A stretch of DNA of 64,000 bases from Squalus acanthias. Lineage: Eukaryota. The stretch lies in NCBI GenBank assembly GCA_030390025.1, contig CM059437.1:24118001-24182000 (forward strand). The letters are read 5' to 3'. Below the pieces are notes generated by a model. It did no database searches, had not been told where the DNA came from, and saw only the letters and a list, made by a program, of their open reading frames with translations. Shown here one piece after another: positions 53,205-64,000 of this stretch. A program made the translations under genes and the position numbers. The first letter of the stretch is position 1. Each line of letters starts with the position of its first letter.

Positions 53205-53810
53205 AAAGACTTGCATTTATATAGCGCCTTTCACAGGATGTTCCAAAGTGTTGTCACTGTTGTAATGTCAGAAACGTAGCAGCCAATTTGAGCACAGAAA
53301 GCTCCCACAAACAGCAATGTGATAAAGGCCAGATAATCTGTTTTTGTTATGTTGATTAAGGGATAAATATTGGCCAGGACATTCACCTGCTGTTCTTCAG
53401 AATAGTCATGATGCGGAGATGCCGGTGTTGAACTGGGGTGGACAAAATTGAGAGGTCGCACAACACCAGGTTATAGTCCAACAGTTTTATTTGAAATCAC
53501 AAGCTTTCGGAGCTATCGATTGCTCCTTCCTAGCTCCGAAAGCTTGTGATTTCAAATAAAACTGTTGGACTATAACCTGGTGTTGTGCGACCTCTCAACT
53601 TCAGAATAGTGCCATGGGATCTTTTACATTTACCTGAGAGAGCAGACTTCTCCTCTGAAAAATGGCACCTCCGACAGTGCAGCACCCCCTCAGCACTGCA
53701 CTGGAGTGTCAGCCTAGATTTTTGTGCTCCAGTCTTTTGGAGTGGGATTTGAATCCACAACCTTCTGACTCAGAGGTGAGAGTGCTACCCACTGAGCCAC
53801 AGCTGACACC
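53205..53810 (-). mobile_element. DeuSINE interrupted by a Penelope mini-insertion
   Basis: Collinear with 46453-46919 apart from the 53407-53598 insert. Confidence 0.85.
53407..53598. mobile_element. Fold-back Penelope pLTR mini-insertion (family of 29259-30192)
   Basis: Perfect 68-bp arms 53448-53515 and 53531-53598, 15-nt loop; 12-bp TSD cttcagaatagt at 53395-53406 and 53599-53610; same terminus (catgatg(c/t)ggagatgccg) as 29259. Confidence 0.9.
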
Positions 53811-55237
53811 TAAAAAATGAGTTCCTGGTCGTGGCTCTGTCATTGTAAGGGAAAAATAAACATTGGGAGGGCTATCATTGGTCAATGTCTTGCACCTCGC
53901 AGTGGTTAATTGAGCGTAGCAAATTCATTTATTACTCACCTCTGCAGTGGGGGACGGTGGGACGGGGGGAGAAGGCAGAGGCATAGCCCTGCAAAAGGAT
54001 TCCTTTGTTATTCTGAGAAGAGCCCTTGTCCTATCATTGCACTCTGAGCGTTGCTAATAGAGGGTCTGCGCAGTACCACACTTATGGTCTGCTTCACACT
54101 ACTACAGCTCAATCCCTACTTCACCTTGGCAGTCCAATGTGCAAATTATATTTAATTACTTAATCACAGTGGCCTCCCCTGGATTCCTGCAAAAGTCTAA
54201 ACAACAGCTTTTTCCACTCAACAAGCAGAAATTGCATTTTTCTCCATACACATGCAGAGAATGTTATAGAAATGACTTTTACATATTCATTGGTAATTTC
54301 TTGATTTTTTTTTTTTCCTTTCTGACATTTAGGCCAGTTACATGCTTTCTTATACTTAACTAAAACTAAAATTGTTGTTTTCGTTGTACTCAGCTCTATT
54401 TTTTTAATGAAAGTACTCTCAACCTACATCTACTTTCTTGCCCGAGCGATCTCCATACATAGGAACGTGTTAATTGCTGATCTTGCTGCTGGCGAGTCTG
54501 CCAATCTGACCAGTTTGACCAGCTCCAAGCTTCCAACATTTTTTTCAGGTCAAGCCAGATTCTTTCACCTGCACACATCCAGTCGGAGAACAGCTTCATG
54601 TTCTCATCTGAAAAAGATAAACTAAGACTCGCTTTGTTCTGTGTAACCAAATTCATAAATTACTTTTCATTAGAATACATCCAAAAACTTTAAAAGATAG
54701 CAGCAGTAAGTTATTCAACTTTCTAAGTTATTTTCAGGGTAGAGTATATGTTAGTTTTAAGTTAGCATATTATTTAAACGCTGATGAGAAGTGGGGAGAA
54801 CTTCCCTCCAAAATCTTAGCCAAATGGAAAATCTGGTTTTATTTGGTTGTGTCAAGGACCCCCACTACAGAATAAATGTGTGTCCTGTGGTATGCGTCTG
54901 ATAATACACTTGCTCACTGGGTGCAGAACGGAAGAACATTCCATTTATCCAGCTTTGTTCACTTTGATGACCAGACATGCAAAGGACTGGGTGACCATGT
55001 GTTGTCCTAAAAATGGGTTTGTGTCCAGCCAGGCTGATGTGGTGAAAGAGTCCTCATTTTACCAACCATAACGCTTCTAGATGAAACAAGCTTGGACAAT
55101 ATCAATCTAGATCCTCGTGCGTGCAAGGCAACAGGACAAAACCACCCAGAATTGGCAAAAAGAGTCACGAGGTTGGATGACATGGAAAACAAAAGCTATA
55201 TTGATGAAGTATGTTTTCCTGAGGTTAGAAAGAAAAA

Positions 55238-55685
55238 AAAGCTTGCATTATTATAGCATCTTATCACGTAGTCAGGACATCCCAAAACACTTCACATATA
55301 ATGAATGATCTTTTGGAAGTGCAGTCACTTTTGTTATGTAGCCGTATACAACAGCCAGTTTGCACACACCAAGATCCCACAAACAGCAAACAAGGTTAAT
55401 GATCATTTTAATCTGTTTTTGCTGGTATTGGTTGATAGGAGAATGTTGGCTAGGGCACCCTGTACTTCTTCCAATAGTGCCATGGGATCTTCTACATCCA
55501 CTTGAACAGGTAGACAGGCCCTGGTTTAACATCTCATCTAAAGTGTGGCACCTCTAACAATGCAACATTCCCTCAGAATTTCATTTGAAGTGCCAACTTA
55601 ATTATTATATGCTTAAGCCCTGGAATGGGGCTTGAATCCACAACTTCTGGCTCAAAGGCAAGAGTGCCAACAACTGAACAAAGCT
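55238..55685 (-). mobile_element. Diverged DeuSINE
   Basis: Tail, Deu domain and head recognisable. Confidence 0.75.
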
Positions 55686-56057
55686 AGAAAATGCTGGAGA
55701 TACTCAGCAGGTCAGGCAGCATCTGTGAAGAGAGAAACAGAGTTAACGTTTCAGGTCGATGACCTTTTGTCAGAACTGGAAAAAAGCAGGAAATGGAACA
55801 GATTTTTAAGCAAGTGCAGGGGCAGGGAAAGGGGGGAGGGGATGAAAGAACAAAAGCCCCTCCCCCCTTTCCCTGCCCCTGCACTTGCTTAAAAATCTAT
55901 TCCATTTCCTGCTTTTTTCCCAGTTCTGACAAAAGGTCATCGACCTGAAACGTTAACTCTGTTTCTCTCTTCACAGATGCTGCCTGACCTGCTGAGTATC
56001 TCCAGCATTTTCTGTTTTTATTTCAGATTTCCAGCATCTGCAGTATTTTCTTTTTGT
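55686..56057. mobile_element. Fold-back Penelope pLTR mini-insertion (family of 2555-5352)
   Basis: Arms of about 156 bp (55686-55841 and 55857-56013), 15-nt loop; 14-bp TSD aactgaacaaagct at 55672-55685 and 56058-56071; hammerhead-like core CTGACAA in both arms. Confidence 0.9.
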
Positions 56058-56714
56058 AACTGAACAAAGCTGTAGGGTAAAGGTACATTGTTGGACCGCA
56101 GTATAGAGAACGTTGTCTTGCATGTAACATGTATTACCTGTGACTTTGTGTTTGATGCTGACATTGGGTTCAACAAATGGAAAAGAGCTGCAGTCCCCAC
56201 CACTGACACTATTCACCGAATTGAGCAGTATTAAAAATAAAAGTTGAAAACTGGTACAAAAATTAAAAGTTTTTCAGTCTACTTTTGAGAAATATCCAAG
56301 TTCTATATAAACAGAAGTCGAACAAAAACTGAGCAGCATGGTAGGTGATTTTTGACCTCCTCATGATTTAACATTTGGGTGATTATCCTTTGCAAATCAG
56401 TGGTAACATAAACCCTGACTTTAACTTGGTTTAGTTACTGGCGGGCGTCCTTCTTTGCTGCTCAGAAGAGCAGGTTAAAATTGTAGCCTGCGGGATCGGT
56501 GTGGGACATCGGTGGGTGAGTTCCATGGGCTGTTTCCGCCAGGTGGGCAGGGTTTTTTTTTTAAAAAGCCCAATTGTTTGAGAAACACAATCATTGATGA
56601 CCATTTAGATTACTTTTTTAAGTGACTTTAAGAAAATATTGGCACCATTCAAAATAAAAAGAAGAAAATTACTTGAGAACTGAAAGTTAAATCCTGTTTT
56701 TTTTTCTTTCAAAG

Positions 56715-56807
56715 GAACTTTCATTTGACGTCTACATACATTTCATGATGGAATTTGCTTTCTATGGGTCACTGATATTTTCACAGTTTTTTGATGTTAA
56801 AAGAAAG
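56715..56807 (+). CDS. Ceramide synthase exon 6
   Basis: 93 bp; tttcaaag and GTAAGG; ELSFDVYIHFMMEFAFYGSLIFSQFFDVKRK. Confidence 0.93.
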
Positions 56808-57928
56808 GTAAGGCTGACACTGACCTCTCTGGTCAAATGATGATGCTCACACACACACCTTCTATTGTTGTTTCTTTAAAATAGCAGTCAAGATGATGAC
56901 ATTAGTGATGGTGTCTGGTGTTCAAATGCCTGCTTGAATCTAACACGTGCTGAGTTTTTCCAACACTCAGTAGGGTCACTCGATGGGATGCCGAGTCCAG
57001 CTCACCTAAAGTACCTCCTTGTTGGTTGAGTTTGAAGCAAGATTGGTGTCAACATCACAGAGAAACATATGACTCACACACCTGACTATGCCCAGTTGAA
57101 ATCAGTGGTGTGGAAACATAGTCTAGAAGGGAAAACATGTGGGAGGCTAAAACTGAGCCTGTGCTGCAGGGATCCAATACCACATTTGTCCAATTGGCAG
57201 ATTGAACTGAATAACAGTGGAGTACCTTATACAATATGATGTATCCTATCCAATGGGTCTCGGGCATGGTTTCTATTTATAGCTTGGCTATAATCAGAAA
57301 TAAATAATAAACACTAATGTAGTGGAAATTAGTGCTTTATTGTTTTTAATAAGTTAAAATCTAACCTTCCCATTATTTAGTTATGTTTTGCACTATTTAT
57401 TTTAATTTTTCAACCTGTTTTAGTCTTGCTTGCAGGACAAATTCACTAATGTGGTTGTTGTGTCTGTAAGTGGGATGTATTCCTAGTAATTCCTCATGTC
57501 TCATTCCTCAAATCTTAATTATGACGGTGGACATAAACATCAGAGGCAAAAGAGAACCTTATTTTAAAAAAATTCAGTCTCTACCATTGTTTGATTTTAA
57601 TCAGGGAAATTAGTTTGGGTATTTCTGATTGTTTCCCTGGATTGTGATTCTGTTATAGTTGTTGGGAGTTTAAACAGTCATTGCTTTCTATCATGCCCTA
57701 ATAAGTAATGAAAGTTGTTTGTGACAGGTGTTCTATTGGGGTGTTTTCATGGAGCACAAAAGTGCGTACCATGGAACCTCATGGAATTGAATAAAAGAAT
57801 GAAAATATGAAATAAAAGTCACGAATGCATCATAAACCATATTTTCCTTCGAAAGAAAGGTCAGATTACAAGCACAACCACTGATCTTTTTGGCACTTGC
57901 CCTCTTGTGTAAATACCTCACTGCATAT

Positions 57929-58432
57929 AAGAACATAAGAAATAGGAGCAGGAGCAGGCCATTTGGCCCCTCGAGCCTGCTCCGCCATTCAATAAGATCA
58001 TGGCTGATCTTCTACCTCATCTCGACTTTCCTGCACGATCCCCATATCCCTTGATTCCCTTAATATTCAAAAATCTATCGATCTCTGTCTTATATACTCA
58101 ACAACTGAGCCTCCACAGCCCTCTGGGGTAGAGAATTCCAAAGATTCACCACACTCTGAGTGAAGAAATTTCTCCTCATCTCAGTCCTAAATGGCCGACC
58201 CCTTATTCTAAGACTGTGACCCCTGGTTCTCAACTCCCCAGCCAGGGGAAACATCCTCCCTGCATCTACCCTGTCGAGCCCTGTAAGATTTTTGTATGTT
58301 TCAATGAGATCACCACTCATTCTTCTAAACTCTAGAGAATATAGGCCTAGTTTACTCAATCTCTCCTCATAGGACAATGACCCCATCTCAGGAACCAGTC
58401 TGGTGAACCTTTGTTGCACTCCCTCTATGGCA
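57929..58432 (-). mobile_element. CR1 3' part
   Basis: IEGVQQRFTRLVP..RRNFFTQSVVNLWNSLP. Confidence 0.9.
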
Positions 58433-58666
58433 ATACACCATAGTCCAAAGTTCCTCTCTGCAGGCGACATGCCACAGGCTTACAAGCTCCTCCCTCGACA
58501 ACATGCAGACTAGAAGTGACACATGGATAGTCCCCGCAATGCATTCACAGCCCTCTGCAGCACTCGCATGTCTGGAGAACCTAAACTACGGATTTGGATT
58601 TGACCTCAAATTATTAAATAAACATTGCAATCTGACCACATCTCCACACATGGAATGGACCTGCAT

Positions 58667-59097
58667 ATATGAGGAAAGGTTGAGCAGGTTGGGCCTATAC
58701 TCATTGGAATTTAGAAGAATGAGAGATGATCTTATTGAAACATATAAGATACTGAGGGGGCTTGACAGGGTAGATGCAGAGAGGATGAAATCTAGAATGC
58801 GGGGGCACAGTTTTAGAATAAAGGGTCGCCCTTTTAGAACTGAGATGAGGAGGAATTTCTTCTCTCAGAGGGTCGTAAATCTGTGGAATTCTCTGCCCCA
58901 GAGAGCTGTGGAGGCTGGGTCATTAAACACATTTAAGGTGGAGATAGACAATTTTTTGCAAGATAAGGAGTGAAGGGTTATGGGGAGCGGGCGGGGAAGT
59001 GGCTTTGAGCCCAAGATCAGCCATGATCTTATTGAATGGCGGAGCAGGCTCGAGGAGCCAAGTGGCCTATTCCTGCTCCTATTTCTTATGTTCTTAT
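58667..59097 (+). mobile_element. CR1 3' part, inverted relative to 57929-58432
   Basis: YEERLSRLGLYSLEFRRMR..RRNFFSQRVVNLWNSLP; (ttcttatg) tail. Confidence 0.9.
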
Positions 59098-61478
59098 ATC
59101 TGTAACTTCAGTGCCATCCTCAAAATAAATTTGTTTGCTATGATTCTATTTAGGTAAGTGTGTTAAACTATATTCCAGTGTGGTGCTGAGCAGTGCAGGC
59201 CAGGAATGCCTGTCTGTGGCCTGTTCTGACTTAGCAGGTCTCAGCAGGGACACTAAAATTCACCTCAATGCCTCTGGATTTGGGAGGAGTAAAGGCAGGC
59301 AGGATTCTTTCTGCTGATCATTAACTAGTGATTCTTGTAGGAAACTGCATGTGCACAGACATCAGGTGAAGACAGGATTAGATTTTGCTGTGTAGTTCCA
59401 TCATGGTCGAGTACCCCGCTGGCACTCGAAGTTTGATTTTTTTTTTCCGGCCGCGTCCCACCAGCTTTTCCAGCGGATCTAGGGCGGATGGGCCTGACCA
59501 ATTGCTCAGGGACAAACTATGATGTGTCCCATTCCTGTCTTCCCTCCAAGCACCACCCCACCCCACTGCCGCCGTGCCATTTTCTGGTGGGCAAGTCCAG
59601 CAACGAAAAATGTACCCACCCATATGTAAGTGGGTGCATGTAAATGACATGCCAATGAGAAAAATATGTCCTCCAAGGTATTTCTGGCATTTGTGTCAGC
59701 TGGATGTAAAGCTCCACTTGTTGGGTCCAGGGATTCGGTGTTTAACGGTGTAATGTATTATCACATGGTTTGTCAATCTGGCACGATCTCCGTTAGAAAA
59801 ATTGCTTTCTTCTGCTCACGAATTACTTTATTTTGAGCTTGAACATTCTCATCTGCACTTTCGGTCTCAATCATGTTATTGGCCTTAAAAAGCATCTCCA
59901 CCCGCTCAGTGTAAGAACTGAATGGTTCGTGAGCTCAGTCATACATGCCGAGGCTTCCGATGAATCCCGTAGGCGCAGTCATGTTGTCCCGATCCTGTTG
60001 AGCAGTGACTCAGCACGCTACCTGTGAGAATCAACACCGCTGTTGCTGTGTATACATACACGTGACGGCGAAGCACAGACAATTCTGCATCAACATTAAC
60101 AGTAAAAATTCGCAAAAAAATTCAGTTTAGGTGTTACAAATTCACCTTAAACTTTTCCACTTGAAGGTTGTGTCCTTCCATGATCCCTAAAAATGGCTTT
60201 GGGATCCCATTCTCGTCGCCAAAAATGTAATATATGTGGGTAGAACAAATGAAGGACAGAAACGGGATGAATTGCCAGTCAAGGTGCTTGTTTACTAGGC
60301 CAGAGCGAATTAAGCATGCTCATACTAAACCATGTGCTAATACATTACAAGCGGGTAGGTGGGGAGAGCAAAAGGATGATGCTGGCAGCAAGGGCAGGTG
60401 TTATGGCTAGACAAATTGTGGGAGGGGAGGGAATTTTAACAATTTTGCTGGGATCTTTGAGACTACATAGAATATACAGCACAGAAACAGGCCATTCAGC
60501 CCAACCAGTCCATGCCGGCATTTATGCTCCACTTGAGCCTCCTCCCGTCCTTCCTTGTCTAATTCTGAGACTGCGGCAACCTTCACATGCAGCTGAGGCT
60601 CTATGACTCCGGTATGTTAATGACCCTGGGGCCAGAGATTTGGTCAGGGTCAGGGCAACTCCATGGCAAGTGGAAGTCCTGCCCCGCTCGCAATACACCC
60701 CAATTGGACAATCCAGGCTTCACTGATCAGGCTCACACTTGAGTAAATTACTGGACAAGTGTGGTGCCTGTCAAACCATATCCTACCAAGTCACTGCCTT
60801 CAGGAGGCAGGGGAGGGGAGGGGTGGAGTGGGGTGCGGGGGGAGAGAGAAAATTGGGACGGGGGAAAGATGAAGCAAAATACAAATTGAGGAAACGGATT
60901 CTGTCCCCAGAATATCAAACAAAAACGTCTTGAGCGTTGGGACTTTTTTTAACAAATGCTATGCTTTTAACCTTGGTGCTTATTCTTCCCCTGCCTTTTA
61001 GCACTCCCCATCTCCACCACCCAAAGTGTGGAATGCTGCCCTCTAATTCTGGTTCATTGCACTTTTCTGAACGGTGTACTGTAAACTGAGGGATGGGAAA
61101 AATTGGGAGGGGTAGTGCAGGTAAGTAGTGATCGAATGAACATCAACAGCAATCTGAGGAAGTTTTGCATTTACTGATTACAATTCTAAGGAAGTTCCAA
61201 AAGACGGTACCTCGAACAATGCAGCACTCCCTCAGTACTACACTGGAGTGTCAATCTAGATAAAGTGCTCAAGCTCCTGGTACGGGGCTCAGACTCATCT
61301 GACCCGAGAGCAAGAGTATTGGGCACAAGCTCGGGTCCCTTAGCTGGGACTGCAATCTACAGCCTATTACATTATTAGTGGGAACACCACTCACTGAGCC
61401 AACCGACTATCCGACAAGTGCGCTGAAACGAGTCAAGATCCAAATAATCTGGGTTACCTTTCACTTCTTTGTCTTTAG

Positions 61479-61607
61479 GATTTTGTTGTCATGTGTGTCC
61501 ATCATCACGTCACCATTCTGCTGCTTACAATCGCTTATGTTGCCAACATGACACGGGCAGGGAGCATTATTCTCCTCTTGCATGATGCAGCTGACATTGT
61601 TTTAGAG
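61479..61607 (+). CDS. Ceramide synthase exon 7 (Lag1p motif, TLC domain); gene continues beyond the window
   Basis: 129 bp; ctttag and GTAGGT; DFVVMCVHHHVTILLLTIAYVANMTRAGSIILLLHDAADIVLE, with the catalytic His-His and HDxxD. Confidence 0.94.
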
Positions 61608-62101
61608 GTAGGTGTAAGAAATAGGCATTGAAGATGGAACATTTTATAATCAGTTAATGTTTCTGCTAAGCCACAGTTTTCCATAGTTACACTACAGATC
61701 CTCCCACAAGGGTATACATTACACACACAATATGTGTATCACTTACAGTCTAATGGAGTGATGAAAACAGCTCTTCAAAACTGCTGTTAAAAGATGGCAG
61801 ATTCAAATGTATTTGGCTCAATAGTTAAATTACTGTAACCAGGTCCCAGGTGTCTGCTTTCATTCAGCTAAATTGAAGGTATTGTATTTTTTTTTTAAAC
61901 CATTAGAAATGACAACTCAGAAGGCAGCCAGTTGACTCATCCGACTGGGCCAATATTTGCTCTTTAACTGGCCCTGTCTACTCTAATCCCTCTCTCTCTA
62001 TTCTTTCTATTCTTCCTTTTCAAATACTTATCCAATCTGCTTTTAAACGAGGTGACGTTTCTGTCCCAAAGCCACCTGTGGTAAAGCAGACTATGTTCTA
62101 A

Positions 62102-64000
62102 CAACAATATAAAAGCAAAAATACTGCGGATGCTGGAAATCTGAAATAAAACCAGAAAATGCTGGAAATGCTCAGCAGATCAGGCAGCACCTGTAGAGAG
62201 AGAAACAGAGTTAACGTTTCAGGTTGATGACCCTTTGTCCGTTGCCTTCGTCTCTGTGCCCACTTCTTTGGCCAATAGTCTTCCCCCCCCCCCCTACACA
62301 GCTGACCCTTTCTCCCATTTTCAGAATTCTCATTCTACCTGGAGCCCTCCCGTTGGCCTCTTACTCCCTCTAGATCTTTTCATTTAGAACTGCTGGCGTG
62401 ACATCAGCCATCTCAGTTTCTCTGCTCCCCTCTCTCACTCCAGCCTACCTCCCGCTGAACTTGCAGCACTCCATTCTCTCAGATTCAACCCCAACATTGT
62501 CATTAAACCTGCTGACACGGGTGGCGCTGTTGTTGTTTGGCGAACCGACCTCTACCGTGCGGAGGCTGAACGCTAACTCTCTGACGCCTCCTCCTACCTC
62601 CCCCTGGAACATGACCCCACTACCGGACATCAAGCCATCATTTCCAAGACTGTCACTGACCTCATCTCCTCTGGAGAACTTCCCTCCAAGTCCGGCACCC
62701 TCAGTTCCCCAACCCCGCACAGCACGCTTCTACATCCTTCCCAAGATCCACAAACAGGTCTGCCCTGGTAGACCCATCGTTTCAGCCTCTTCTTGCCCCA
62801 CTGAACTGATTTCTTCTTATCTCGACTCTTTTTTTCTCCCCTTGTCCAGTCTCTTCCCACCTACATCCGCAACTCTTCCGACGCCCTCCGCCACTTTAAC
62901 AGTTTTCAGTTTCCTGGCCCCAACCGTCTCCTTTTCACTATGGACGTCCAATCCCTCTACACCTCCATCCCCCACCAGGACGGCCTGAGGGCGCTCCACT
63001 TCTTCCTTGAACAGAGGCCCAACCAGTCCCCATCCACCACCACCCTCCTCCGCCTGGCTGAACTTGTTCTCACAATGAACAACTTCTCCTTTGACTCCAC
63101 TCACTTCCTCCAAATCAAAGGTGTTGCAATGGGAACCCGCAGCGGTCCTAGCTATGCCTGCCTTTTCGTGGGATATGTGGAACACTCTTTGTTCCAGTCC
63201 TACTCAGGTCCCCTCCCTCACCTCTTTTTCCGGTACATTAGTGACTGTACCGGTGCCGTCTCCTGCTCTCGCCCTGAACTAGAAAATTTCATTCACTTTG
63301 CTTCCAATTTCCACCCTTCCCTCACCTTCACATGGTCCATCTCCAACTCTTCCCCTCCCTTCCTCGACTTCTCTGTCTCCATTTCTGGGGATAGGCTATT
63401 GACAAACATTCACTATAAGCCCACTGACTCCCACAGCTACCTGGACTACACTTCCTCCCACTCCACTTCCTGTAAGGACTCGATTCCATTCTCCCAGTTT
63501 CTCCGTCTCCGTTGCATCTGCTCTGACGATGCCACCTTCCATACTAATGCTTCCGATATGTCTTTCTCTTTCCTCAACTAAGGATTCCCCTCTACCGTGG
63601 TTGACATGGCCCTCAACCGTGTCCATTCTATTTCCCACACTTCTACTCTTCCCCCCTTCCCCTCCCTCCCAGAACCACGATGGGGTTCCCCTTGTCCTCA
63701 CCTTTCACCCCACCAACCTCCACATTCAACGGATCATCTTCCGTCATTTCCGCCACCTCCAGCGTGATCCCACCACCAAACACATCTTCCCCTCCCCTGC
63801 CCTTTAAGCATTCCGAAGGGACTGCTCCCTCCGCAACTCCTTGGTCCACTCCTCAATCACCCCAACACTCCTTCCCCTTCCCACGGCACCTTCCCATGCA
63901 AGCGCAGGAGATGCAACATCTGCCCTTTTACCTCCTCCCTTCTCACTGTCCAGGGCCCCCAAATACTTTTTCCAGATGAAACAGCGATTTACTTGTACTT
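62102..64000 (+). mobile_element. Penelope-like element (same family as 2555-5352) with an inverted pLTR at its 5' side; runs off the window
   Basis: 62102-62239 is the pLTR in reverse; 62240 onward is collinear with about 2919-4675. RT core changed to YISD; multiple frameshifts and stops. Confidence 0.9.

Overview
Eukaryotic, repeat-rich vertebrate DNA. The HE1 and SacSINE1/DeuSINE SINEs, abundant CR1/L2 LINEs and Penelope elements point to a cartilaginous fish (shark). Two spliced genes are divergently arranged. RUNDC1 is complete on the minus strand (5 coding exons, 29122->15442, 569 aa). A divergent CERS5/CERS6-type ceramide synthase lies on the plus strand (7 coding exons from 35029 to 61607, 253 aa in the window, continuing past it). 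The rest is mostly nested retroelements. Three observations stand out. (1) Two diverged Tx1-clade LINE 3' ends are stacked at one site inside a DeuSINE and separated by a repeated 9-bp target word, suggesting a SINE-targeting site-specific retrotransposon. (2) The ceramide synthase may be a third CERS5/6 ohnolog, because it sits beside RUNDC1. (3) Several short, TSD-flanked, fold-back Penelope insertions carry or overlap minimal hammerhead ribozyme motifs, and a Penelope with an intact hammerhead sits in the RUNDC1 promoter. Family assignments are from sequence recognition, not database searches.
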